From IMG/VR virus record IMGVR_UViG_3300045988_148972: a DNA stretch of 64,000 bases. The stretch is one strand, 5' to 3'. The notes beneath the pieces were generated by a model, which was not told the origin of the DNA, made no database searches, and saw nothing but the letters and a program-made list of their open reading frames with translations. This document shows, piece after piece, positions 43,872 through 53,610 of this stretch (positions are counted from its first letter, which is position 1; every line of letters starts with the position of its first letter). The DNA comes from a virus. The position numbers and the translations under genes are program-made.

Positions 43872-44993
43872 ATGGCAATACAAGTATTACAGCAGCCGCC
43901 TCAGATAGCATTTGCAGGCGACCCTATTATCGTAAAAGTAAAGACTACGTTGTCTGGAAAAACATTTCTGCGCATTAAGATTACGGTAAATGCAACAGCT
44001 TTTGCTGCATCGGAAGAGTTTAACTATTCAGAAAACTATTCCTTTGAAGTAGGGACAGACGGGACAGCCGTATTTAATATTGGAGAAACCATAAAAACCG
44101 CTTTGGCACGTAAAATGACTTTTGATGTGACAAGTACAAATACTATTTCTCAAATGTCCTATGCCGCTAGATATACTATTACATATAAGGAATCTTATTT
44201 GGACGGCATGATAGAAATAGAAGAGGGAGAAACTACTTCCGAACAGTATAATGCTATTCCTGGCAGGCTTACGGAATTTGAAAGGCTTACTGCATCCAGT
44301 GAAGATAGTACAGAAATTCTAGGTAATGGACGTATTTTGAGTCGTAAGCCAGAGGGTGATATTGTGCCGATTGGAATGCCTCTGTGTATTCCTGCAGTAA
44401 ATACTCGCTCTGATTCTATAACATACACGGTAACACAAGGAGATGAATCGAAGGAATATTCCGAATATACTCGTGGTGCTCTGGTGCCTGATTCATTGAA
44501 TATAAGTACCTCCACGTTCAAAGAAGGTGAACTTTTGGTAAGTACCGGATTTGAAACCGGGAAAAAACGCTATGCGGTAAAAATAAATCCATTTATGCGC
44601 CACTTTATTTTCTTGAACGGATTTGGACTTATGGAAAGTGTGGTAGCCTGTACACGTGATTCGCTTGAATACGACATACAAAGCGAAATTTATACGCTTC
44701 CTTTAGATATTTCATATCGAGCAACCACACGAACGGCCAATTACGCACAAGCACCTTCAGGAACTCTATCTATGAGTAGCGGTTATGTGAATAGGGAGTG
44801 GGCCGAATGGTGGCTCACTGAATTTGTTGTAACGACGAAAGCTTGGATGTACGACAACGGAAGATACATACCGGTCACAATTATACCCGAAGAAACAAAC
44901 GAGTTATATGATAAAAGTAAGCCCGGTCTTCTTTCTGTAAACTTTAGTGTAAGGTATGCGTTCTCCGGAAGTACGCTTAACTCATTCGTCTGA
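43872..44993 (+). CDS. Tail tip / baseplate protein candidate (373 aa)
   Basis: Second gene after the tape measure. Positional call only. Confidence 0.6.
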   Translation: MAIQVLQQPPQIAFAGDPIIVKVKTTLSGKTFLRIKITVNATAFAASEEFNYSENYSFEVGTDGTAVFNIGETIKTALARKMTFDVTSTNTISQMSYAARYTITYKESYLDGMIEIEEGETTSEQYNAIPGRLTEFERLTASSEDSTEILGNGRILSRKPEGDIVPIGMPLCIPAVNTRSDSITYTVTQGDESKEYSEYTRGALVPDSLNISTSTFKEGELLVSTGFETGKKRYAVKINPFMRHFIFLNGFGLMESVVACTRDSLEYDIQSEIYTLPLDISYRATTRTANYAQAPSGTLSMSSGYVNREWAEWWLTEFVVTTKAWMYDNGRYIPVTIIPEETNELYDKSKPGLLSVNFSVRYAFSGSTLNSFV

Positions 44994-46268
44994 CGGAAGG
45001 TTGACTTTCCCATTTTTGTTTTGAAGTTTTTCTTTCAATCGGATTACCTGCTGGCGGAGCATACGGTTCTCTTCCAGCAGGATCTCTATTACGGTCATTC
45101 CTGAAGGTAAATCCATTCTGTTTTTGTCGGCAATAAGATAAAAAGGTGTTATCTCAATCCTGTTGCATATATCTAGCATATCTTTTATGCGCATTGTGCT
45201 TTCTGTTTTTCTCCATGATCTGAGTTTCCATTCACTTATTCCTGTCCGTTCCAGCAGTTCCGAACGGTTTATTCCTGTAAGGCTGTCTTTCCCAAAAAAG
45301 TCATTAATGTATTCGGGATGAAAACACACGTTCTTCCAGTCGTCTGTCCTATAATAGTCATACACGTTTAACTCTGGGATAATTCCGTTATCTCTGAAAA
45401 AGAAATGCCTTGTGCTGATGTGGTATTTATTGGAGAGCTTTACTAAAGAACTAACCAGCATATTGCCGTCTATAAACATTTCACTGTAATATTTCATGCC
45501 TACATCCTGAATAATTCTTGATCTTGACACTCCTACAACGGTGTGAAAGTTTTCAAGAAGTTTCCAGTTGGCAGTCCATTCCCTTATATTTGCTTTGTAT
45601 GAAGATCCAGCATTTTCTTCTGACAACATTTCTGAATCTCTTAGCTGTATTCTCAGTCTACGGTTCTCTTCCTGAAGCTCACGATTTTCTTTCCTGTATT
45701 CTGAAAGAGCCTCTTTCAAACCGGAAATCTCCTCCCACACAAGTGTCGGGAGTGTCGATTCCGAGTCAATGTACTTTTCAAGCTTTTCGTTTTTATCTTC
45801 CAGGAATACTTCAATGTCTATTCTGAGCCTATTGCATACGTCTACAAGCCAGTTGACCGTACATCCTCCTATTTCTGGGTTCTGCCATCTGACAATGGTA
45901 GAAATGGAAATTCCGCTAAATCTGGAAAATTCTGCCAGTGAAGGTATTTTGCTAATTCCATTCGGCCCGTACAAGAAACGTATGTTTTCTGGATGAAATT
46001 TAATTTGATAAAAATCATTGTCAGGAATTACATATTTGAATCGGTTTCCTAGAGTGCAATCAGATGGATGTATGGAAATGAATTTGGTCATGCTAATACG
46101 GAAAGCATTGCATGCTAATACTAAATCTTGAACCAATATATTGTTTTGATTTTCAACCTTTCGTCTATACATATAAACATTTCCGTATATCTTTTTAGAT
46201 ACGTCTTTTGCAGTCATACCAAACAGAGCCGGGAGATTTTCAAACAGGAAGGAATTGAAATAATACAT
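44982..46268 (-). CDS. Four-HTH DNA-binding regulator with internal duplication (repressor / master-regulator candidate)
   Basis: The architecture is (HTH-HTH-leucine zipper) twice. The HTH-like segments include SLAEFSRFSGISISTIVRWQ and RSELLERTGISEWKLRSWR. The zippers are ENRELQEENRRLRIQL and EENRMLRQQVIRLKEKL. Lone minus-strand gene, divergent from the replication block. Confidence 0.6.
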   Translation of the reverse strand: MYYFNSFLFENLPALFGMTAKDVSKKIYGNVYMYRRKVENQNNILVQDLVLACNAFRISMTKFISIHPSDCTLGNRFKYVIPDNDFYQIKFHPENIRFLYGPNGISKIPSLAEFSRFSGISISTIVRWQNPEIGGCTVNWLVDVCNRLRIDIEVFLEDKNEKLEKYIDSESTLPTLVWEEISGLKEALSEYRKENRELQEENRRLRIQLRDSEMLSEENAGSSYKANIREWTANWKLLENFHTVVGVSRSRIIQDVGMKYYSEMFIDGNMLVSSLVKLSNKYHISTRHFFFRDNGIIPELNVYDYYRTDDWKNVCFHPEYINDFFGKDSLTGINRSELLERTGISEWKLRSWRKTESTMRIKDMLDICNRIEITPFYLIADKNRMDLPSGMTVIEILLEENRMLRQQVIRLKEKLQNKNGKVNLPSDE

Positions 46269-46404
46269 AAAATATGTGTTTAAAATTGTTTTTTAAGTAC
46301 GATTATGATGTGATTGTCAAATTAAAATTGTTACTTTGTAGGGTAAAAATAACAAAAAACGACCGAAACCGCAAAGACGGGAAATAACAATATATATCAA
46401 AAGT

Positions 46405-46785
46405 ATGAAAATGAGCATCATTCAAGCATTATCCGAAAAGAAATTAAGTCCCATGCGATTGGGGTTCAGTCGCTATCTTGTGGACCGTTACGGAATGAGC
46501 ATGAGCACGGCTTACCAGAAGATACGTTTGAACCGTGTTCGCCGTTGGGAGGCGGAAGGAGTAGAAAAATGTCTTAGAGATTTTGATCCGGATTACGAAG
46601 GAAAGCTGGAAGACTTTTTTGCGCACGTGCGTGTGAAGGGTGAATTTATTGGGTTTATGAAAAAACGAGGCATGGGTGAACATGCGTTGCGTGCGCATTT
46701 CCGCAATTTTGACTTTACAGAAGTAGAGCTTCGTGGTCTGGAGGATATTTATAAGGAATACAAGAAACAGTTGGAGGAAATGTGA
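46405..46785 (+). CDS. Small HTH-like protein (Cro-like position)
   Basis: The segment GMSMSTAYQKIRLNRVRRWE is HTH-like. First gene of the rightward block, opposite the regulator. Confidence 0.5.
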   Translation: MKMSIIQALSEKKLSPMRLGFSRYLVDRYGMSMSTAYQKIRLNRVRRWEAEGVEKCLRDFDPDYEGKLEDFFAHVRVKGEFIGFMKKRGMGEHALRAHFRNFDFTEVELRGLEDIYKEYKKQLEEM

Positions 46786-47414
46786 TGGATATATTGGAAA
46801 GGCAATGGGAAGCGCACACACGTCTTCAGGATGGATTTTCAAGGATTGAGTTTGAAGACGGCGAAGAAATTACTATTAAAAACGACGGGAAGACAGGAAT
46901 AGATTTTGTAGAGGAATATCTCAAGGAAATGAAGAAGAACTATCCGTCGCATCTTGTTGCGGCAGACCTTCTATTGCAGATGCGCTTGGGACGTTCATAT
47001 AAAACAATTCGGAGTCTGCGGAGCCGATATCTGTCAGAACTTGCACTGGTAAGTCTGAACTGCTGTTTCGGACGGGAGGATGACATTCCTGATCACGAAG
47101 GCCCGGAAGACTTTAATACGGAACATACACACTGTCCTATGCGATATAATTGTCCGTTTAATGGTTTTAATCCTGCTTTCAAGAACAAAAAGGAGGTATG
47201 CTGCAATCCTGTATATGAATGCGGGCTGACTTCTACTCAGGCAGAAATAGCGAACATGCTGGTCAATACTTCATTTACTTACGAGGAAATTGCCGACGAA
47301 TTGGGATGTAGCTATTCCAATATAGACAATATGAGGAAACGTATTTTCGCTAAACTGGGAGTGAATACACGTCCGGAACTTATGTTATTGCTTAAAGGGA
47401 AACGCTTGTTATGA
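46782..47414 (+). CDS. LuxR/GerE-type HTH transcription regulator with Cys-rich middle region
   Basis: The C-terminus LTSTQAEIANMLVNTSFTYEEIADELGCSYSNIDNMRKRIFAKLGV fits the LuxR / sigma-70 region-4 type HTH. It is preceded by HTHCPMRYNCP...CCNPVYEC. Confidence 0.65.
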   Translation: MMDILERQWEAHTRLQDGFSRIEFEDGEEITIKNDGKTGIDFVEEYLKEMKKNYPSHLVAADLLLQMRLGRSYKTIRSLRSRYLSELALVSLNCCFGREDDIPDHEGPEDFNTEHTHCPMRYNCPFNGFNPAFKNKKEVCCNPVYECGLTSTQAEIANMLVNTSFTYEEIADELGCSYSNIDNMRKRIFAKLGVNTRPELMLLLKGKRLL

Positions 47415-47704
47415 AACGAAGTAGAGAAGTATATGAACAGCGTTTCCATGTGCGTTACACGGAAATAGCGATAGGCTATCCGGAAGGTTGTGTGAGCATA
47501 GCGTGCAGCAACCTGTCGAAGTCGTCCATGCAGAAGCTCATGAACGAGTTGGTGTACGACGGATATTCTTCCACAGGAAGCGTGCAGGAAGATACAATTT
47601 ACCTGCATGAACCAGACCCCATGATGTGCCTGCCGGAAAGCCTGAAAGAAATGATACAAGCCAAAACGGAAAGCATGAACTACGAGGTGAAATTCCTCTA
47701 TTAA
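47411..47704 (+). CDS. Hypothetical protein
   Basis: ORF track, 97 aa. Confidence 0.55.
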   Translation: MKRSREVYEQRFHVRYTEIAIGYPEGCVSIACSNLSKSSMQKLMNELVYDGYSSTGSVQEDTIYLHEPDPMMCLPESLKEMIQAKTESMNYEVKFLY

Positions 47705-47715
47705 AATTCCCTGAA

Positions 47716-50700
47716 ATGATTTCTGACAAAACAGTTGATAAACTCAATGCGCTTCCTCTTCCTGACGTGATGCGCAACAACGGATACCTTCCCGCGTCGC
47801 AGACAGCACGCAGCGTATTCTATCGCTGCCCGTTTCACGACGAGAAGAACGGAAGTTTCTGCGTGAGCAAATTCCCACCGAAAGGAGAACGCTATGCGGC
47901 CTTCAATTGCTTTGTATGTGGCGAACAGAATCGAAGCAAGGGAGTAGGAGCCATTATGCTGCAGCAGCGGCTCTTAGAACGTGCAGGAGAGAAGCACGAC
48001 TTCCTTGATGCGGTGAACCGGCTGGCCAAGGACTTCAACCTGATTATTGAGGGAGATTACAAGAACGGATTTTTTCACAGGGCACGCAAGACTGATCCAC
48101 AGCCGGAAGTAGATTTCCGCATCCGTGAGGAAGAGTTTACACCCGCTGAGCTTCGTGCGTTGGGCTGCCAGGTACTACCTGTGTTCCGGGCCGGGAAAAA
48201 TACAATCGAAGGCCCCGAGCAGACGGCCGTGACCGATGCAGACGGAAACAATCTGTTGCGCTGTTCTTTCAATCCCGATTTCTACCGTGGAGATAAACCA
48301 GCACTCTTTGACAGCAGCCAGCTCCGCACTATGTTCAACCTCTATCCGCTGGAAAGCTATGTCACACCCGAGAAGGCCGATACTGACGGCGTACTGACCA
48401 GCTACGAAGTGAAGTCTACGCCTTCTTACCCGATTTTTCTTTTTCGTTACGAAGACGAAAACGGATGGTGGGCACGAAAATATGAGCCTTATTTCCGTGA
48501 AACGACGGACGCGGACGGACGCCGCCAGCCCAACTACAAGTTTACCTGGTGGTACCAGGGAGGAATCCGTCCGGAAGGATTCCACAAGGAAATCTACGGC
48601 GACACTGACGTGATGCGTGCCCTACAGAGCGGACGTGTGGAAACCTCCGACAAGAAAGGACACCCCATTATAAATATAGAGAAAACACGTATAGACGAGA
48701 AAGGGCGGCGCACCCGTGCTTTTGCTGACGTCTTCCGCCGTATCGTCATTTGTTCCGGACCGCGCGATGCCATCAATGTATACTTCCATAGCGACGCTCA
48801 TGTGGTGTTTCCCCACTCCGAGAGTGTGGAGATTTCATCGGAAACTATCCGTCGCCTGCTGGACATCTCCATGGAAGTGTTTGTGCTTTATGATATCGAC
48901 CGCACCGGCATACGTGCCATGAACCGGCTGGCTTTGAAACACGTGGAACTAAAAGTGCTCTATCTGCCTGAAGATCTCTCCACTCAGTACAATCCCCGCA
49001 GCGGAAAAGCCTGTAAGGATGCCGAAGAGTTCTTCAATTTCTATCCGGCAGTGATGCGCCGGAATGAAAAGCTTATGCACACTAACGTAAACCGCTATTT
49101 TGACGACCTGCTCAAGACCGCCCGCCGGATGCGTTTCTGGGACGTGCAGTACCAGACCAAAAAGCAGGAGGACGAAAGCAAGGTAGTGGTGCGCAAATAT
49201 ACCCTAAACTTCGATAACATGGCCCAGTTCCTTTCTGCCAACGGATTCTACAAGTACACCGACGAAGCCGACACCACCAAGTTTGTGCACATCAGCAACA
49301 ACATTGTCGATGTGGTGGAAGAGAGCCAGGCACTTAGTGAAGCCAAGGAAATCATGAAAGACTTCCTGATATATAATTCACAGTATTATTCCGAGGAACT
49401 AAGCAATGCCATCAGTACCCAGAAGAAAATCGGACGCGACACCATGTCCGGCATCAAGAAAGTAGACCTGAACTTCATGTCGTGGGGAAAAGATTTCGAT
49501 TATTTCTTCTTCCGCAACTGCGCCGTGAAGGTGACGGCCGACAGCATCGAGCCGGTGGACTACGTGGACCTGCCTTTCCATGTAAACCGAAAGGCCATTA
49601 TTGACGCTGATTACCATCCGATGAAGTCTCCGCTTTTCACTATCGAGGAGAATCCGGAATATGCCGCACGTAAGGAACTGAACAGGCAGCGCATGGCCGA
49701 CAAGCGGATGAACGAAAACGAGCGCCGCCGTGAGGATGCGGAGTTCATCGCCTACCAGCGTTTGTACCGCTTTTTGCTAAAAATGCCAAAAGACATTGAC
49801 CAGATGCCTATCTGTGTGCAGTGGCTATACGACACCAGCCGCATACACTGGCGAAAGGAATCTGAAGGCTATCCGCTTACCGATTTGGAGAAGCAGCGCC
49901 AGGATATGCACTTCATTTGCAAGGTTGCCCTGATGGGTTACATGCTTTCGCGCTACCGTACTGGAACCATGCAGAAGATGGGAGTCGTGACGGAGTACAC
50001 CGTAGCCGACGAAGGAAAGAACAGCGGCGGTACCGGAAAAAGTTTCTTCCGTTCCTTCTTCGAGCTTGTGCGGAAGGTGTGCTACATTCCCGGTCAGACC
50101 CTGAAGAAGAAGGAAAACATGGCCAAGAACTTCGACAAGTTCCACTATACCGTGGACAGCATGTGTCTGATAGACGACCTTCGTCCCGACATGATGGGCA
50201 GCGAGTTCTACAACATTACGGACAACATTACGGTAAAGACCCTGTATCACGATGAAATGACACTGCCGCGAGAAGCTACCCCGAAGATATTCATTACCAT
50301 GAACAAGATGCCGTTCGACATGACCGAAGGAAGCACCTCACGCCGTATCTTCCTGGCCATGCAGAGCGATTACTATCACGACGAGGACTACGCCGGCCAG
50401 TTCAAGAAACGCACGCCGCAGACCAAGTTCGGGAAAGACATCTTCCTGGAAGCTACCGAAGAGGAACGCGACGAAGCGGTGTACATGATGCTGCAAAGCT
50501 GTCAGTTCTACCTCGGCCTGCAGGAAAGCCTTATACCGCCCATGTCGCAGGACGGACAGATGCGAATCCTTTACTCCGCCATCAAGGACCAGGTATTCAT
50601 TGACTGGGCCAATCATTTCTTTGCGAACCAGTGGCACTGGAAAAGGCCGGTATCCATCAGTGAAATGGCCATCAGTTACCTGGAACACCGGGGTGATGCG

Positions 50701-51015
50701 GTGACGATGCAGAGCGTGAAATCCGTGAAGAACGAAATGATAGAGAAGATGCAGGCTTACTGCTTCAATATGCAGTACACCATGAACCCTTCCATCGTCT
50801 ACCGCTCGGACAAAGGCTCCAAATATCCCCGTCACTACGCATGGGAGCAGGAGTTTATGAACGACACGATCCGCCGTGAGGAACGCACCCGAAAATTTAC
50901 CCGTGTGTGCTTCTTCTACAAGCTGGGTGAGGAACCCAAAGACTCCAAGGAGATACTTTCCTGCCCGGAAACCGACGAAGAGTGGGAGGAAAAGAAGCGC
51001 TTTGAAGATGATTAA
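47716..51015 (+). CDS. Primase-helicase fusion (zinc-finger primase + TOPRIM + P-loop NTPase)
   Basis: CHC2-like zinc finger YRCPFHDEKNGSFCV...FNCFVCG, the TOPRIM-like acidic motif VLYDIDRTG, Walker A GGTGKSFF and Walker B-like CLIDDL. Trimmed to the ATG at 47716. Confidence 0.8.
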   Translation: MISDKTVDKLNALPLPDVMRNNGYLPASQTARSVFYRCPFHDEKNGSFCVSKFPPKGERYAAFNCFVCGEQNRSKGVGAIMLQQRLLERAGEKHDFLDAVNRLAKDFNLIIEGDYKNGFFHRARKTDPQPEVDFRIREEEFTPAELRALGCQVLPVFRAGKNTIEGPEQTAVTDADGNNLLRCSFNPDFYRGDKPALFDSSQLRTMFNLYPLESYVTPEKADTDGVLTSYEVKSTPSYPIFLFRYEDENGWWARKYEPYFRETTDADGRRQPNYKFTWWYQGGIRPEGFHKEIYGDTDVMRALQSGRVETSDKKGHPIINIEKTRIDEKGRRTRAFADVFRRIVICSGPRDAINVYFHSDAHVVFPHSESVEISSETIRRLLDISMEVFVLYDIDRTGIRAMNRLALKHVELKVLYLPEDLSTQYNPRSGKACKDAEEFFNFYPAVMRRNEKLMHTNVNRYFDDLLKTARRMRFWDVQYQTKKQEDESKVVVRKYTLNFDNMAQFLSANGFYKYTDEADTTKFVHISNNIVDVVEESQALSEAKEIMKDFLIYNSQYYSEELSNAISTQKKIGRDTMSGIKKVDLNFMSWGKDFDYFFFRNCAVKVTADSIEPVDYVDLPFHVNRKAIIDADYHPMKSPLFTIEENPEYAARKELNRQRMADKRMNENERRREDAEFIAYQRLYRFLLKMPKDIDQMPICVQWLYDTSRIHWRKESEGYPLTDLEKQRQDMHFICKVALMGYMLSRYRTGTMQKMGVVTEYTVADEGKNSGGTGKSFFRSFFELVRKVCYIPGQTLKKKENMAKNFDKFHYTVDSMCLIDDLRPDMMGSEFYNITDNITVKTLYHDEMTLPREATPKIFITMNKMPFDMTEGSTSRRIFLAMQSDYYHDEDYAGQFKKRTPQTKFGKDIFLEATEEERDEAVYMMLQSCQFYLGLQESLIPPMSQDGQMRILYSAIKDQVFIDWANHFFANQWHWKRPVSISEMAISYLEHRGDAVTMQSVKSVKNEMIEKMQAYCFNMQYTMNPSIVYRSDKGSKYPRHYAWEQEFMNDTIRREERTRKFTRVCFFYKLGEEPKDSKEILSCPETDEEWEEKKRFEDD

Positions 51016-51036
51016 TAACCTTAAAAAGAAAAGAAT

Positions 51037-51333
51037 ATGGCAAGAATTTTAAAACATGAAATCCCGGCAGCGTCAGAGTTCAAGCTTCCGCTTCACGAGT
51101 ATAGCAAGCTGCTGAAACTTGATGTTGTAAACGAGAAAACATATATATGGGCATTGGAAGATGAATCAAAGCCACAGCGGGGAGTAAAGTTCCGTATGGT
51201 AATGACCGGTGAAGAGATAAATCTTGATCCTTACATGGTGTATATAGGTACGTTTATACTTTACAACGGTTCGTTTGTAGGGCATTTGTTTATGGATACT
51301 TCTGTTCCGATGATAATTGGTGTAGGGCTTTAA
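51037..51333 (+). CDS. Hypothetical protein
   Basis: ORF track, 98 aa. Confidence 0.6.
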   Translation: MARILKHEIPAASEFKLPLHEYSKLLKLDVVNEKTYIWALEDESKPQRGVKFRMVMTGEEINLDPYMVYIGTFILYNGSFVGHLFMDTSVPMIIGVGL

Positions 51334-51346
51334 AATAGTGGGAGAT

Positions 51347-51628
51347 ATGGAAGTAATAATAACTATATTATTAGTATTCCTCATTATATCAGGGATTGGA
51401 TTTATAATTTGTCAATATCTTATATACAGAAACAGAAAAGTGTTAGAGTTTCAATTTATGGTATTAGATATTTGTGCTGAGTACTTATATAGACATGCTG
51501 ATAGCAATATTAATGATGTGAATTGGTTTGTAGGTAAACACACAGACAAGCGATTGCTATTCAGCATAAAACCACTGAAACTCGAATATTGGTACACAAA
51601 AGAAGAATTGGATAAGATTTATAATTAA
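51347..51628 (+). CDS. Small membrane protein
   Basis: ORF 51338 starts at a GTG; ATG at 51347. TM segment VIITILLVFLIISGIGFIICQYL. Confidence 0.55.
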   Translation: MEVIITILLVFLIISGIGFIICQYLIYRNRKVLEFQFMVLDICAEYLYRHADSNINDVNWFVGKHTDKRLLFSIKPLKLEYWYTKEELDKIYN

Positions 51629-51638
51629 TAAAATTTAG

Positions 51639-51989
51639 ATGAACGTCATGAACACACCGATTATCATGGAAGAATCCTATTGGGCAAACAGCCAGCTTTC
51701 TATTGCCCGATATTATGGTGGAATTGTATTCAGGAGGAAAGAATACTTCATCGTAAACAAGGATGGAATTACGCTACTTGAGTTAAGCGACCCTGACAGC
51801 CCACACTACGTAAAAGGAGGTATGGCCATTCCACCCGGAGAACTGGCCGACCTGGTACAGAATGAGTGGATTCCAGTCTACAAGGCATTAGGAAGGAAGA
51901 AAACCTTTGAGCTGGTACAATCTGGAAAGACTCTGGGTGAAGCATTGCTGATGGTTAAGGAAGTGAAGAAATTGAAGAAAGTGAAATGA
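51639..51989 (+). CDS. Hypothetical protein
   Basis: ORF track, 116 aa. Confidence 0.6.
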   Translation: MNVMNTPIIMEESYWANSQLSIARYYGGIVFRRKEYFIVNKDGITLLELSDPDSPHYVKGGMAIPPGELADLVQNEWIPVYKALGRKKTFELVQSGKTLGEALLMVKEVKKLKKVK

Positions 51990-52459
51990 GACGAATACTT
52001 TATAACGCAAGCGATACAGAAACATTCCAGCGTATTGTAAAAACAGCTAAGAATGGAATTTTTGGAGGCACTTCGGACACAATAGATTACCTTGATAAGT
52101 GCCGATGGTTTTTGGAACGATACGATTGTATAATCATATTTACACGTGATGAAGGAGCCCATACCTGCGGATGGTGGAAAAATCCGGATTATGAAAGATG
52201 CTACCACCTGTCAATCTCATTTCCTGGGGGTTGGAACAGGAAGAAAGCGGAATATATTCTTGATCGGATATTCGGATATAACAAGCGTATGCTGTGGTGC
52301 GAGCCTCCATATTCAGAAGATGGGAAGCGAGCTGGAGTATTCCACTACCGGCTATTCTGCGATGTGAACTGGAATCCGATAATGCCTCGTGGAGAAGTAT
52401 ATTCCACAAAATTTACGGAGCTTGGATGGAAAAGCTTTTCGGAACTGCATGGAAAATAA
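51986..52459 (+). CDS. Hypothetical protein
   Basis: ORF track, 157 aa. Overlapping start/stop. Confidence 0.65.
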   Translation: MRRILYNASDTETFQRIVKTAKNGIFGGTSDTIDYLDKCRWFLERYDCIIIFTRDEGAHTCGWWKNPDYERCYHLSISFPGGWNRKKAEYILDRIFGYNKRMLWCEPPYSEDGKRAGVFHYRLFCDVNWNPIMPRGEVYSTKFTELGWKSFSELHGK

Positions 52460-52475
52460 AATAGGAGAATGACAA

Positions 52476-52700
52476 ATGCTAATAAAAAAGAACTTTTCCG
52501 TGGTTTTTGAAGCCGGTACACCCCCGGTTAGATTCCGTGAAGAATACCTTCTTCCGGTCCGTACAGAAGAAGAGCAGACGGATCATTCAACCCTTCATCA
52601 GGCTGCAAAAGGAGCCATAGCAAAAGATTTAGGGATTATGAGATGCGAAGTTCGGATTCTGAAAATTATGGAAATTCATAATCACTTGATAGTTGAATAA
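52476..52700 (+). CDS. Hypothetical protein
   Basis: ORF track, 74 aa. Confidence 0.5.
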   Translation: MLIKKNFSVVFEAGTPPVRFREEYLLPVRTEEEQTDHSTLHQAAKGAIAKDLGIMRCEVRILKIMEIHNHLIVE

Positions 52701-52725
52701 AACCATAAATCGAATTACATAGCCT

Positions 52726-53022
52726 ATGTTTGAACTAATTAGAGTCTTTCCCAACCATGATTCTCCCTATGTTGGAGGATATGTGGATTTTGACAGACAA
52801 TATACTGTCGGAGAGTTTATCGAAGAAACCATGAAAAAGTACCCGGCTATTAGCGGTTCCTTCGTCGTAGATGCAACTTCACACGTTGCACACTACCGGA
52901 AAGGGAAGCTGTTAAATGAAGATTTCCCGGAAAAGGTTTTAAAAGCCAGGATTGCAGCTGTTTCCTTTTATACAGGATGTAATGAAGCCAATTATGTTAT
53001 CACTAAATTAGATGGACAATGA
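52726..53022 (+). CDS. Hypothetical protein
   Basis: ORF track, 98 aa. Confidence 0.6.
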   Translation: MFELIRVFPNHDSPYVGGYVDFDRQYTVGEFIEETMKKYPAISGSFVVDATSHVAHYRKGKLLNEDFPEKVLKARIAAVSFYTGCNEANYVITKLDGQ

Positions 53023-53606
53023 TTTCAGAAGAAGAAAAGAAAAAACTGCGTGAATTGTCGGATAGAATAAGAAAATCCGAATCAGAATGGGGACCAATTC
53101 AAGCTTGTGTTACTTGTAGGCACTTTGCTTGGAACCTCAATTTAGACAAGAAAGGAATAGTATGTACTACCTTTTATTGTAGGCTTTCCGGCGAATCGGT
53201 AAGAAGACTAAATATATGTAATAAGTTCCAGAATAAAGATTACTTATCGAATCTTAGAAGTGAAAGAGAAAACGAATTTTTGGAACAGTACATACGTCCA
53301 TTAGAATACGTCGGCCTTGTCAATAGAGTGCTTGAAAGTACGATTTCTAATCAGATGGTACTTTATGCAGCACAGAAAATACATGGTAAGACAGTAGAGA
53401 TCCAAATAAATATGGATAACTACGAAACGCATACAATTACATTTTTCATGGATGATCCTAAACCACAAAAAACAGGCGACCGGATCTGGATGCAAACGAC
53501 CATGCCTTCTTCTGCAAAATGTGGAGACTCGTATTCGAGATTATTAGCTGATTCCATTAAAAATGCTTTATCTGAATTTAAAGAGTTTTGTAAAAATAGA
53601 GAATAA
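53019..53606 (+). CDS. Hypothetical protein: Cys cluster plus a domain related to the 5403..6044 repeats
   Basis: CVTCRH...CTTFYC at the N-terminus. YIRPLEYVGLVNRV...VEIQINMD...ITFFMDDP parallels YLKPLEEKGIITDL...VIIETEAD...ITFFKSD. Confidence 0.65.
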   Translation: MISEEEKKKLRELSDRIRKSESEWGPIQACVTCRHFAWNLNLDKKGIVCTTFYCRLSGESVRRLNICNKFQNKDYLSNLRSERENEFLEQYIRPLEYVGLVNRVLESTISNQMVLYAAQKIHGKTVEIQINMDNYETHTITFFMDDPKPQKTGDRIWMQTTMPSSAKCGDSYSRLLADSIKNALSEFKEFCKNRE

Positions 53607-53610
53607 TATC

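Noticed and set aside
12946-44993. Stop-codon reassignment (TAG or TGA recoding) in the late genes, as reported for some gut phages
   Set aside because: Late genes, including the 1905-aa and 2274-aa proteins, are intact long ORFs under the standard code. No fragmented gene pattern is seen.
48075-50835. Multiple minus-strand ORFs (48175..48585, 49825..50250, 50338..50835 and others)
   Set aside because: All are antisense to the primase-helicase gene, which has zinc-finger, TOPRIM and Walker motifs in the plus frame.
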